This document shows, piece after piece, positions 29,960 through 44,471 of a DNA stretch of 64,000 nt. Source of the stretch: Chrysomallon squamiferum (taxonomy: Eukaryota > Animalia > Mollusca); assembly GCA_012295275.1 (NCBI GenBank), contig CM022665.1, positions 43,648,001 to 43,712,000 on the forward strand. Reading direction: 5' to 3'. The translations under genes were made by a program, and so were the position numbers. Each line of letters begins with the position of its first letter. Positions within the stretch are counted from its first letter, which is position 1. The notes below the pieces were generated by a model. It made no database searches. It was given only the letters and a program-made list of their open reading frames with translations, and was not told the origin of the DNA.

Positions 29960-31109
29960 ATCACACTTGTAATTAGTTTTCTTTCAGAAGGTAATTCTGA
30001 TTTTTCTTTCATTTTATCTACCTAACACACAAACTTTATTTCTATTGTTGTTGTTGTTAGTGTTGTTATTAAAACATTTTATTACTCGAGCTGGGTTTTT
30101 TTTTTTTATTTTGTTGATAGCTTCTGCTTCAGAGTGTATTATTTTCATCTACAAACTTCGGGGTGGTATTTGTTTTGTAATAATTTGTACAATGTGAAAA
30201 AACAAAAAAAAAAAATTAAAACCAACAACAACAAAAAACAAAAACAATCCTGAACAAATAAGAAATAGAAAGAATTAAAGAAAAATCGACAGAAAAAGAA
30301 TAACTTAATGATAGAAAAACACATTAAAAAAACATTAAAAAAAGACGAAAAGAAAGATAAGAACAAAATGAAAAAGAAAGATAAGAACAAAATGAAAAAG
30401 AGAGAGAAGAAAAAAAAAATGAAGAATGACAGAGACGAAATGAATTCGAAAAATAGAAAGAATGAATAAAATAAAGATATAGACAGAAAGATAGAAAAAA
30501 TAAAGACAGATAGTCAAGGATAGAAAGAAGAAAAAAACAAAGACATACAGAAAAGGATAGAAAGAAAAAAAAAAAAAAAGAAAGACTACCACAGAGAAAA
30601 ACATAGACAAACAGAAAATCAAAAAAAAAAAAATCTTTAATCAATTTGAACAATCGAATTTCACTCGGAGAAAAACATAAAAAAAAAAAAAAAAAAAAAA
30701 ATCAAAACCGTTACAAAATAATAACAACCTAACAACATTAACACTTATTAGTCACGTACGCACTCCACCAAAGTGAAGGTCACTCGTAACATTACTGGGT
30801 GTGGTCCCGTTCATCAACACCTCCGGCGCCCTGAAATAACCTTCATGTTGATGCATTTGTTATTACGACAAGAAAATCCCAAGACTCGTCATGTGTCATA
30901 TCAGTTTTATTTACACCGCTGTGACGCGCGGCCATCATGTCATAAACTGATGACGTATGACGTATGACGTATGAGACAGGCGGCGACTTCCAACCCGCGA
31001 TAATAGTGTACGTTTTTTTTTTTTTTTTTTTCTATGTAATGTGCATGTGTTTATTTATCTGTTTGTTAGTGTGGGGGTTTGAGGTGGGTATGTGTTAGTA
31101 TGTGTCTGA

Positions 31110-31179
<70 letters not shown>

Positions 31180-31304
31180 TCCTCTCTGTCTCTGTCTCTG
31201 TCTCTGTCTCTGTCTGTCTGTCTGTCTGTCTCTCTCTGTTTCTGTCTGTCTCTCTCTGTTTCTGTCTGTCTCTCTCTGTCTCTGTCTGTCTGTCTGTCTG
31301 TCTG

Positions 31305-31379
<75 letters not shown>

Positions 31380-31592
31380 TCTCTCTCTGTGTGTGTGTTT
31401 GTGTATGTGTGTGTCATGTAGTGTGTGTGGTAAACTGTGTGTGCATGGATGTGTATGTTATGTGTCTGTGTCTGTAAAGTGTGTTGTGTGTATATGTGTA
31501 TATATATATAACTGTGTGTGTGTGTATGTATATATATAATTCTGTGTGTGTGTGTATGTATATATATAATTCTCTGTGTGTATATATATATA

Positions 31593-31623
<31 letters not shown>

Positions 31624-32265
31624 GTATAAGTGTGTGTGTGTATATGTTTATGTTTTTGTATGTGTGTATGTATATCTATGGCAAAGTATGAATGTGTGAA
31701 TATTTATACATGTTCTTGTTCGTTAAGTAACATATCTAAATACATGAAAAAATGTAAATGAATGAAAATAAGCAAAAACGTGCATCTGATGACTGCAAAA
31801 ATATGTAGATGATGAAATTTAAATGTGTTCACGTGACTGTAAAATATAGATATGATGGATGGGTATAACATATGATTATGATGAAAGTAAATATATGCAT
31901 AATGAAAAATGCGTATATCCGTATATTATTTAAACAAAATACCCGTAATTATAATGAATATAACTGTACATGTAATGAATGTAAATATGTGTATATAATT
32001 AAATATAAAACAGGTAAATACGAATGTAATTTTTGTGAATGTGAATGTTTAACATTAATCTAAATATGATGTGTAAGTGAAGAACGTTAATGGGTGTTTA
32101 TAATGCGAACGTAACGTATATAACGAATGCAAACATACCGAATGTAATTATATGCTCGTGACGTCATTGTTATGTATATGATGACGTGTGTGCGTATATA
32201 TATAGATATAATGACGATTATATGATAAGTATATATGAATATAAATATATGTTTATGTAAATATA

Positions 32266-32301
<36 letters not shown>

Positions 32302-32813
32302 TGTATATATATATATATATATGTGTGTGGGTGGGGGGGTGGTGTGTGTATTAAATGTGAATATGTGTTCATCATATTCTACATAATGTATACGATGAAT
32401 ATAGATAAATAAATATGTGTTTATGGTGTCAACTTCGACGTGTAGGGTGAATGTATAATTTATAACAGACATTTGCTGCTTACATCCACCAGCTTAGTGT
32501 TTACGATCACACCGCTTACAGGTACACGCTGACGTAATACGTTTCATCACGTGGGCGTTGGCCTCGTTTTCGCGTTGACGTGTCTTTCTGATTGACTTGT
32601 TTCCTCTTCCATATGTCAACAGGATGTTTGTGTCGTCGTCGTCGTAGTCGTAGTGGTGGTGGTCGTTGTAGGTAGTAGTCTTTTCGACGAACACGTTGAC
32701 AGCAGTTATACTTTACTGGTATATGCATGGCTACCCGATCAGTCAGAAATGTTTTAAAAGTTTGTGTGTTTACTTTACAAGCTATGCTGGGGAGATACGT
32801 GATACATACATAA

Positions 32814-32854
<41 letters not shown>

Positions 32855-32867
32855 GAGAGAGAGAGAG

Positions 32868-32902
<35 letters not shown>

Positions 32903-32975
32903 AAGAAAAATAGATATACATACATACATACTTGCATACACACACATATATATATATACATACATGTGTATAGTG

Positions 32976-33009
<34 letters not shown>

Positions 33010-33270
33010 TGTGTGTGTGTTTATGTGTGTGTGTATATAAAACTGTGTTCACTTTGCAGGAGATATATTAGGCCTGGGGACACGAGTATATTAATCTTCA
33101 TTTGAGAAGACAGGTGAGAGTTGAATCTGTCACTGTTTACCTGGGGCAGGTATAAAAACCTACCTGATAATACAGATGCACGCAACTCGGAGTCCAGCTA
33201 AAGTGTGTACGATACACGCGATAGTCACAGGTACACTAGTACATAATACCTCAGTATATACCTGTATACT

Positions 33271-33321
<51 letters not shown>

Positions 33322-33402
33322 TTACTCACATGTATATATATATATATATATATATACACTTACTCACATGTATATATATATATGTATATGTATATAAAAT
33401 GT

Positions 33403-33533
33403 TATCGATGCAGACAACACACTTGACGATTATTTCATTCGCTTGATGTTTAGAAAAAAACACTGGATATTTCACACAAAAGCAGAAATTATATTCATTT
33501 GAATTTCTGGATAGCTTGAAAACGCTTGTGCCG
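33403..33533 (+). repeat. ~130-bp interspersed repeat, copy 1
   Basis: tatcgatgcagacaacacacttgacgattatttcattcgcttgatgtttagaaaa...gaaaacgcttgtgccg closely matches 37383-37516. Confidence 0.9.
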
Positions 33534-33748
33534 TATATATATATATATATATAAACATTCACACACATACATATACATATACACACACATATACATATAT
33601 TCATATATATATATATAAACAAAATACATACACAGGCATGAAAATATATGTGTTTAGATATACTATTCGTTATTATAAGTGTATGAATGAACACAGACAT
33701 ACACACAAATACATAAATTCGAACATACCATGTAAGCATACGTTTAAA

Positions 33749-33780
<32 letters not shown>

Positions 33781-34269
33781 AATACATATACATACACACA
33801 CACACACACACACAGACAAACACACACACATACCCAGATACACATACAAACCCACACACATACACACACAGTGTTCTACGTACAGTCTAATCAGACATAC
33901 ATAAGACAGATAATATTAAATTCCTAAAATACATACATAAATATATATATACATACATAGACTCTCATTTACATATATATCTACATACATACCTATACAC
34001 AAACACACCAATATACATATTCGCTTATACGCGAACTGTATATTTAGACAAGCAGGTATTTCTACAAAATACCGCTGAACTGTGAAAGCAAGTCTGAAAG
34101 ACACTGAAACATTTTCCTTCATTATGCAAATAATTTCCGTGAGCTTGAATTACGGCGTATTTTTCATTTTCGTTTTTGCCTCTAGTAAGTATTAAAGTAT
34201 GTAAATATCAAGGATTTATTGCCATCCATTCTCAGCAACGGGCAGTAAAATTTAAAATACCTCACATTT

Positions 34270-34316
<47 letters not shown>

Positions 34317-35254
34317 TAAATTTTTTTGTTATTTATTATTATTCAAATAAACTCCTATATTGAAATTTAAAATAAGTGTGTGTATGTGTACATTTGTGTG
34401 TGTGTGTGTGTGTGTATGTGTGTATGTACGTACTTGTTTATATTTATGTATACACTGATTTGTGTGTATATTGCTGTATGTGTGTATGTGTGTTAAGTAC
34501 GCTTGTGTACATGCATTTATGTTTGGACAGATAAAAACAGAAGTACGTACATACGCACGTGCGTGTGTCTGGTGGCATATACAATTACACACAAATGCAC
34601 TTGGGTGCGTGTAAAATAATTATTTACTTTTTACAAGGTCTGAACGACCAAAGCAAACTACGACATCGCGTTTCACAACGAAAAATCCTTTCTCGTAAAG
34701 CCAACACGACGAAAAAACTTTCACCTCTGACCCGCGCTCCGACGTCCTTCACCTTTCTCTCGCGCGTAATGCAACGACCTCCGTGAGCCAGGAAAAATGC
34801 TTCAGATGTCTGTTTCACGACGATGACAAGAATATATTACCACTTACTAATAATAACCATATATTATTATCATTACGACTACGTCACTCGGAAAGAGAGA
34901 AAGAGAGAGAGACGGAGACGGTGAAAGAAACACGAAATAACACTGGCCAGTGTTTCTCCTACGACTGCGGTTGTAGGTGAACGTAGGGTCAGAGGTCGCA
35001 AATTATTATTACTGTCGTAAGTTTCTAACGTCTCTGCTTTGCTTCGGCTAGTTGTTGTTCTTACCTCCGCGGGACTGTTAATCTTGGAGATGACAGTTCA
35101 TCGTGTACAGAAAATGTAATTTATGTGCGTTGCCGGCTAATACGGGGGAAAAACAATTAGAAACGAGAAAGGTTCAAGTTTACTGTGTGTTGTTGTTGGT
35201 AGAGACTGTTAGTTGTGTCTGCGTATGCGCTTGTTGTGTTGCTGATGTATATAT

Positions 35255-35304
<50 letters not shown>

Positions 35305-35478
35305 TATTTGGGTATATGCACATATGTGTATGTATGTATGTATTTATGTAGGTTTGTATCTGTGTTTGGTATGCATGTACGTACGTACGTAAGTGTGTAT
35401 TTTTTTATATGTATATGTCTACATATGAATGTGTGTAATTATATTATATATATATGTGTGTTATATTTAGTTATGTAT

Positions 35479-35509
<31 letters not shown>

Positions 35510-36219
35510 CAGTTAGCGACTTAATGAATCTTTCATGGATCTGTGTTATTGAAAAAACATAACTGTTATTGGTTCTGACTCAGGATTAATTTAAATTATT
35601 CTTCTCATCAACCAAACAAAAAAACAAAAAAACAACAAAAAAGATGACAAAACTTAAGTCTTTAAATCGTGAATTTTTTTTTTTTACCAAACTACAATAA
35701 TTAAAATTAATTATTTATTAAAACAACCAGTGTGGCAGATCAATTAGCGAAAACTGTTTAAAGATTGTAAATTAATTATTTAAATCTTTATTCGCAGAGT
35801 TTAAGACCTAATTAGGGCAAACCTAGTAAGATAGATAAATGTTTGGCACTGTAAAAGAATCGATTTATTTTGTTAGGTGTTATTTTTGTTGTTGTTGTTG
35901 TTTTTTGTTGTATGAATGTTAACCACTGACCCAGTACTTTTCGAGAGAACAAATTTAATTTGTTTGATATTTTGTTTGTTAGTATAAAATTACGGTCGTT
36001 TAACTGTTTTAGCCTAAATTTCAATAATGAAATGGATCGCTAGAAAAAAGCTGTATATGTATAACTAGGAAAATAACATAAAAGAAATATTAAAATTACA
36101 TTTTTTTAATAATTTTTTTTTTTAATTTATTTATTTATTTATTACATTTTTTATCGCTTATTTATTTATTTATTTATTTATTTTTTATTAATATTATTTA
36201 AAAAAAAGATTTAAAATTT

Positions 36220-36286
<67 letters not shown>

Positions 36287-37311
36287 TCTTTGTGGGACAT
36301 TAGGTTAACTAGTATTCAACTTAAAATCAGATATAATATTTCGTTATCATTATCTGTTTATGCATTCGTGTCTAGAGCTATCGGCTGAGGTTACAGATCG
36401 TGTACACTACAAGCGTGCTTGACCAGATCTGGGAATACGTTATCTCTGCAGTTATCTGCAAATGTCTGCGCCTCTGAATGCGAATATATCGGATCGTTTG
36501 TCTGTACGTGTGTGACTCTGTGTACGTGTCTCTCCGTATATCAGTATTTTTGTATATGTATGTATGTGTGTATGTACACAGATATAGATAATACACACGA
36601 ACAGATAGACAGACAGACAGACAGACAGATAGATAGACATAAACAGATAGATATAACTCAAGATTACATTCCACAGGTCCTTCCTGCTTCTACTAGTGCT
36701 ATGACAGTGACATTATTAATTCATTTCCGCAGCTGTTTTTTTTTTTTTATTATTTATTTATTATTTTTCTTCTTTTTTTATTTTTTATTTTTTTTTTCTA
36801 GGAAGATACGATAAGAGTGAAAAACATTTCTCAGTATTTCTTCCTACGTGTTACGTGTGTATTCATACCTCATCTACGACCACGGTAAACAGAACTGCTG
36901 TCGCTCTCGGCTATCTACGCCGTGTAAACGGGGACAAATGTTTTCGTAGCCGCTGTTCCGTTTAAACCCCGAACTATCACAGTTTTACCTGCAGTCGCGC
37001 GCGGTAACACACCAGGGTTTTTTTTTTTTTTTTCGCGTTGCGTGTGACGTAGAAATAAATATTCACGTGAATATTATTTGTAGCAGTCGGCAGAGGATGT
37101 TAGATCGAGTCGTCCTAATGTTACCGCCATGATGTTTGGGGAAGTACTGGACATGCGCAGTGATGAGTAATAAGAAATCAATTAAAATAAAAATAAAATA
37201 TTCACGTGTTTGTTACGCATTCACGTCGATGTTTATTCGTTGTTTCGATTTAAGTGTTTCGATATAAGTACGGGTTTTTTTGTTGAGACTTACGATGTAC
37301 TGAATAAGCAC

Positions 37312-37350
<39 letters not shown>

Positions 37351-37382
37351 GTGCGTGAGTGTGGTGTGTGTGTGTGTGTGTG

Positions 37383-37516
37383 TATCGATGTAGACAACAC
37401 ACTGGACAATTATTTCATTCGCTTGATGTTTAGAAAAAAAACCCACTGGATATTTCACACAAATTCAAAAATTATTTTCATTTGAATTTCTGGGCAGCTT
37501 GAAAACGCTTGTGCCG
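37383..37516 (+). repeat. ~130-bp interspersed repeat, copy 2
   Basis: tatcgatgtagacaacacactggacaattatttcattcgcttgatgtttagaaaa...gaaaacgcttgtgccg, in the same orientation as copy 1. Confidence 0.9.
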
Positions 37517-37893
37517 GACATTCCGTCTGCTGTGACGTTTGGAAACATACTGGACATGCGCAGAATAACAACATGACGTCATCCTTTGATGTAAAAATAA
37601 TCGACATCTCCGTAATGTTGTACTGTCACCTTATGGAGCGAGAAGAATAAAAAAATAAAAATAAAAATGGCGAAAATAAATAAAGAGTATTTGTATTTAC
37701 AAAATAATATTCATTTTTCATTTTTTCTAAGGTGATATATTGTTTCAGAATTTGAATTTATTTATTTTAATGAAATAGATTTAAAAAAACAAAAGGTTAT
37801 GCAATTAGTTAACTAGAATCGTGCTATTTGTAGTAAAAATATAAAGTCTCAACGGTACTGATAGTTTTATAATGATTTATTTCCCATAGGTGC

Positions 37894-38161
37894 ACAGAGA
37901 ACTGATCTGTCTATATCTGTCTTTTATTTGTGTCTGTTTACAAGCCTAAATATACACCTATACAGATGTAAATACATAATTATGTACTCGTACACACGTA
38001 TATACATCAATATATAAACACACATTTCATATATACACACACATTTCAAATATATATATATACTCACACACACACACACACAGACACACATTACACACAT
38101 ATATCCAAGTACGTACAACATTACACACACGTAAACACAAACATATATTTATATTCAGTAC

Positions 38162-38208
<47 letters not shown>

Positions 38209-38517
38209 GTTACGAACGTACCGAAATTATTAAATTAAATTATTAACCGAGATCCCAGTGACAAAAGGGTTTCCACTAAATTAAGCAGGTATAATAATTA
38301 ATCGGTTCGGAATATAAGTTACGGAAAGGACACCTTGCACGAGCCGGCGGAGATCCTTCTTCTGTTTCGTGTTATTGAAATAGTCGTGCTTTATACGCTT
38401 GATTTCCTCACAAGAGCGGTTCCAAACACGGTAGTGGACGTTTTGTCACGGTTGAGAAGGTAACTACGGAAATGAATGAATGGACGTATCAGTTTCTTTA
38501 TATTTATAATACAGATG

Positions 38518-38558
<41 letters not shown>

Positions 38559-39156
38559 GTGTGTGTGTGAGTATATATATATGTGTGTGTGTGTGTGAGT
38601 ATATATATGTGTGTGTGTATATATATGTGTGTGTATATATATATGTGTATGTGTGTGAGTGTATATATATGTGTGTGTGTGTGTGTGAGTGTATATATAT
38701 GTGTGTGTGTATAGATATATGTGTGTATGTGAGTGTGTGTGTATATATATGTGTGTGTGTATATATATGTGTGTGTGTATACATATATGTGTGTGTATAT
38801 ATATGTGTGTGTGTATATATGTGTGTGTGTATATATATACATATATGTGTGTGTGTTTATATATAGTGTGTGTGTATATATGTACAGTGTATATGTTAAA
38901 TGTATATATACATATATATATATACATACATACATATATAGATATATATATACATACATACACACACACATACATACATATACATACATACATACATACA
39001 TACATAGATACATAGATACATACATACATACATACATACATACATAAAATAAGAAGAAAAAAAAACGTTCTTTAAAATGGGGGTGGGGTGGGACACACCC
39101 CCTAGATCCGCCTATGACTCACACCCAAAGATAGTGCGTAGATATCAGTTCTCTGT
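37894..39156. mobile_element. Possible non-autonomous DNA-transposon remnant bounded by 13-bp terminal inverted repeats
   Basis: acagagaactgat (37894-37906) is the exact reverse complement of atcagttctctgt (39144-39156). The interior is mostly CA/TA microsatellite with no transposase. Confidence 0.3.
38515..39045. repeat. Compound (TG)n/(TA)n/(TACA)n microsatellite
   Basis: Directly visible alternating purine-pyrimidine tract. Similar tracts lie near 6800-7100, 21325-21615, 42030-42325 and 48190-48660. Confidence 0.93.
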
Positions 39157-39440
39157 AAGAACATATCTTTCACCTCAATAGCTAATGAAGCAATGAAATT
39201 TATTTCTAATTTTGTACACGAGTTTACATTGGCTATGAATGGCGTGCTTAAACCCCCCGTTTTACAATTCGCTGGAATCCAAAGTGAAACAGATGACTAA
39301 ACCTTCAGGGAAAATGTACTGAGAAATAGGTTGTAAAATGAACGAAAAAATCCCCCAACAACGACAATAAAAAAAAATAAAAAAATAAAAATAAAAATAA
39401 AATAAAAATAAATCAAGATAAAACTGAAAATAAGAATAAA

Positions 39441-39472
<32 letters not shown>

Positions 39473-39514
39473 AAAAATAAATTTAAAAATATATATATAA
39501 TAAATACATAAATA

Positions 39515-39849
39515 TATATTTCTCAACGACATTTAAATACGTCGGTGTTAAAGTTTATTTGTCTTATGATGATACGAAAAAACGAGAAAAGAAACTCGCT
39601 GCCTTACCGTCATAAGCTATTATTTTCAATCAGCAGCAACATATCTTTTACATATGCATATGTATAATACATACATGCAATATATGCATGTACGTAATGT
39701 ATATCACCATAAACAGGGCTAAAAACAAACCAAAACCACAGATAAACAAGAAGATGCAGAATATTCGTATACGTCCACTGAAAAGAACCGACCCTAAAAC
39801 CCATCGCGTCTCAAGAGAACGTTCTAACCACTGAGCCATAACTCGCCTC
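39515..39849 (-). mobile_element. Degraded tRNA-derived SINE (Pol III internal promoter head)
   Basis: Minus strand has A box TGGCTCAGTGG (39838-39828), B-box-like GGGTCGGTTC (39794-39785), core gcatatgtaaaagatatgttgctgctgattg (39658-39628) and an AT-rich tail. Resemblance to Meta-domain SINEs is from recall. Confidence 0.65.
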
Positions 39850-40031
39850 GGTGAAGCAAAGAAGAAAGAAATGTTTGAGTTTGTTCAAAGAAGTCGTGAG
39901 TCTTGTCTATTTCCTCCATTTTAATTTGTTTGAAATGTCGTCAGTTTCACTTGTCTATTTCACAGCAAACTGATAAACATGACGAACTACAGTCAAGTCT
40001 ATTGCCGTCTCGTTTTCTTTTAGTTTTTTGT

Positions 40032-40136
<105 letters not shown>

Positions 40137-40758
40137 ATAGTAGTAGTACAAGTAATAGTGGTAGTAGTTATACTATTAGTAGTAATAATAATAATAATAA
40201 CAGTGAATGCGTAATAGAAGTTGTAGTAGTAGTAGTAGTAGCAGCAGCAGTAGTAGTAGTAGTAATAATAGTGATAACAGTAGTATAAGTAGTAGTAGTA
40301 GTAATAATAACCACAACAACAGCAACAACAAAAACAAGATCAGCAACAAAAAACCCAACAACAATTAGCAAGAGAAAAGAAGAACAAGAACAACTACAAC
40401 TACCACTACTATTACTACTACTACTACACTGACGAACACAACGACGACAACGACAATTACATACTCAATGCACCTGGTGCCAATTCGTTCTCAACTTTTG
40501 CAACGACGACATCTACGACGACAGTGTCAGATACAGCTGCCACTGAAAAATAATAGACTCATCAAATCTGTACGATAACATCAGTGACTCATACTAGAGG
40601 AAAAACAAGAAAGGCTCATACAGTTTATACAGAGACAACGCCTGGTGAAAGTAACACAACAACGACGACGACAGCAACAACAACTGACTGCGTTGAAATG
40701 AACACAGTGTCTGCTATCATTTATATCATTCAAACCTGTTACAATCTTATATACATAC

Positions 40759-40872
<114 letters not shown>

Positions 40873-41015
40873 ATAGATAAATATACACAAACAGAGAGCA
40901 CACTTATAGAAAGAAAGATCTATTTATCTGTCACACACATATCTATCTATTAAAGATAAATATACTCAAACACACACACTTATATTTCTATCTATCTGTC
41001 TATCTATCTATCTGT

Positions 41016-41072
<57 letters not shown>

Positions 41073-41438
41073 GATCGATCGATCTATCGGTGCTAAATTT
41101 ACATCCAGCAGATGACATCAGCTCTAAGTCTACAACTTCTGTGAAGATAATTTTTCTGAGTTGAGTTAACGACTTTGCACAGTCTGCCTTTGTCAGAGTC
41201 GCCAGTTGACTGACGGTAAATTACTGTTTACTGTTAGGTCCGCGCCGTTGTTTACTCACACAGACGTGGCCCACAGGTGCGCAGGATCTAATGAGGTTAA
41301 GCACGGACTACAGCAGACAGACTCTCAAGTCACTGGAGAAATATTAAACTATTGTAAAGAAGACAATGGAATTTATTACTAGTATTATTATTATTATTAT
41401 TTTTTATATAAATACATGGTTGTATTAACATTCTGGTG

Positions 41439-41499
<61 letters not shown>

Positions 41500-41608
41500 T
41501 TTTATCTCAAATATTTATTTCTCTCTCTCTCTCTCTCTCTTGCTGCTGCTGCTGCTGCTACTACTACTACTACTACCAGTCTACTACTGCTGCTGCTACT
41601 ACTACTGT

Positions 41609-41639
<31 letters not shown>

Positions 41640-42028
41640 GCTGCTACGACTACATACTGCTGCTGCTACTACGACTACTAATAATAATACTAACACTACT
41701 GCTAGTAACAACAACAATAATAATAATGCAGTAATTTATTTGAAAACAAAATATTATTTGGTAGCATAAATAAATGATATCACTACATTTAATATACATT
41801 TAATATATATACGGTTTTATTTATTCTTATTTTCCCGTTACCATTGGTTCGTACGACATCTACGTGTTTTTTTTGATACATAAATTATTACAGTTTGTTG
41901 ATCGATGAGTGTAGCTAGTTTACAGTAATATATGTAAGTAGGTAAAAACGTATTATCATAAACAGGTAATACATACGATATGTCATAGCCTGACATGACA
42001 ACTTCTGTAACAGTCTAATGTGGCACTG

Positions 42029-42113
<85 letters not shown>

Positions 42114-42218
42114 CATACATACATATATATACATACATACATATATGTATATCTATTTATATATGTATTCACATATGTTATATGTACGTATATGCATATA
42201 GATATGTATGTGTCTGTG

Positions 42219-42249
<31 letters not shown>

Positions 42250-42511
42250 ATGTATGTACGTATATATGTACTTATCTATATATATATGTATGTGTGTCTG
42301 TGTATGTATGTATATATATATATACGATGTGAGAGAGAGGGCGAGATAATGAGATATAGAGACAGAGACACAGAGACAGAGATAGAGAGAGAGGAACAGA
42401 CAGACAGGGAGTGGAATGTATGTAAATGGGTTTTTAGTTAGAAAGACAGATAAACACGCAGTAAGATAATTTAGATACATATATAGAAGAATAGACAGAT
42501 AGGTATGTATG

Positions 42512-42562
<51 letters not shown>

Positions 42563-42563
42563 T

Positions 42564-42655
<92 letters not shown>

Positions 42656-43940
42656 TAGTTAAATAGATAGTGGATAGACAGTAACATTCACAGTAAAACA
42701 AATAATGGTTGATAGTGAGTTAAACAAGATATAATTACAAATAGCTAGATACTGAGAATGTGTATATAAATAATTAAAATGAATTAACAACAATAATAAC
42801 TGAAATGATAATAACAACAACACAATAACAACAGCAACAAAAACGATTACAATAATTTTAATAACACTATAAGAAAAAATAATAATAATAATAATTGAAC
42901 AAAATCAATGAAGTAAAACAGAAACAAGAACAAGAAGAAAAAAAAAAAAAAAAAAAAATACTGTAAAACAAACAAACAAATAAAGACATGTTTAAAAATA
43001 TGTCTGTTTCTATAGTTTCTCTGCATATTACGTAGATGCTCATTCAACGGTGCAGTGACCTTTGACATTTCTGTGTATTCGGGATGAGTCGGCGAAATTT
43101 CACGAATACTTCACCGAAGTTTATTCAAACAGAGCCCCAGTTACGGAAAGACTTCCTCATGTGTTTTGTCTTGTCGTCCGTACGTCTGAATTTCCGTCAC
43201 AGGGGCAAGGGATTAGGCAGTGCAAGGGATTATCCCGGATTAATGAAACGGCGCAAAAACTGCGACCAATAAATAGCAGTTTCAGAGAAATCGATTAGGA
43301 ATCTTTGATTTTTTTTTTTTCCGTCGTAGTCGTCGTCGTAGTTATTGTCGCCCACGTTCACGGACTGCTATTTTGGGATATGACAACAAGGGAAAGAACA
43401 ATGACGATGATGATGATGATGATGATGATGAAACAGTAATGACTACTGTATATGAGGATAGTGTTAGTAATGAAATGATATTTCGGCAAACTAATTAATT
43501 GTTAAAAACGAAAAGAATGAAGGAATGAAAACAAAAAGATTTACACACACACACACGCACACACACACGCACGCACATACATACATACATACATACACAC
43601 ACACATACATACATACATACACACACACAGACACATACATACATATATACATACATACACACATACATACATACATACTATATTTTATGGTATCGGCTTA
43701 AGTGTGACAAAACATTATATATAAAAATTAACATATTTAAATTTTATTGTTACTGTGCTGGCAATATTAACCGAAATACGTTTAAAACACACACATACAG
43801 ACACAGTTACACATACACGCACACACATACACACACACATATACATAAATGTCTCTAGAAAACTGCATATTTATTTCTTTTTCTTTTTATACGCTGTAGT
43901 TTTTCTGTCTTGTGTAAATTACTACTACTACTCCCACTAC

Positions 43941-43988
<48 letters not shown>

Positions 43989-43994
43989 ATCGTT

Positions 43995-44420
43995 ATTGTC
44001 ACGTGACAGAGATTTACAACACAATCGAAACTTCACCACACCCAGCCGGTGTACACCCTCCCCCCACCTCTCTGGTATCCGCCATTGAAACACATCCCCC
44101 CCCTCTTGAACCGCTTGTACTTAACTCTAAATCCTGTTTCATCATTATTCATCACCTCGTGATAACATTTTATTCTGAAGAATTATTTTAATTTTTTTTT
44201 TTTTTTTTATTATTATTAACACTGTTGTCGGGAAAATCCGATAACTGACGTAACCGGAAGAAAATAACGGGCTGTGAGTCAGAGTTACGTCACTGGGAAT
44301 TCCATCACGTGATTTGTGACTGAAATAAACATCCTTCGTAGTTTCTGAGGCGTCTGAACTTTTGTCTGGTGCGACGTCACATACAACGACTTTTTACTTA
44401 CTCGTTTATCAGGAAGTAAG
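43995..44420. promoter_or_regulatory. Candidate enhancer island (E-box, CRE-like, ETS, Rel-type)
   Basis: GTCACGTGAC 43998, TGACGTAA 44246, ACCGGAAG 44253, TTACGTCA 44285, GGGAATTCC 44295, TCACGTGA 44305. Confidence 0.42.
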
Positions 44421-44435
44421 ATAATGATAATAATG

Positions 44436-44471
<36 letters not shown>

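Noticed and set aside
36150-36290. (ATTT)n runs as AU-rich elements
   Set aside because: These are genomic tetranucleotide microsatellites far from any supported transcript.
39770-39849. Possible tRNA gene
   Set aside because: An A box is present but the B box is degenerate and I cannot build a cloverleaf; it continues into a SINE-like body.
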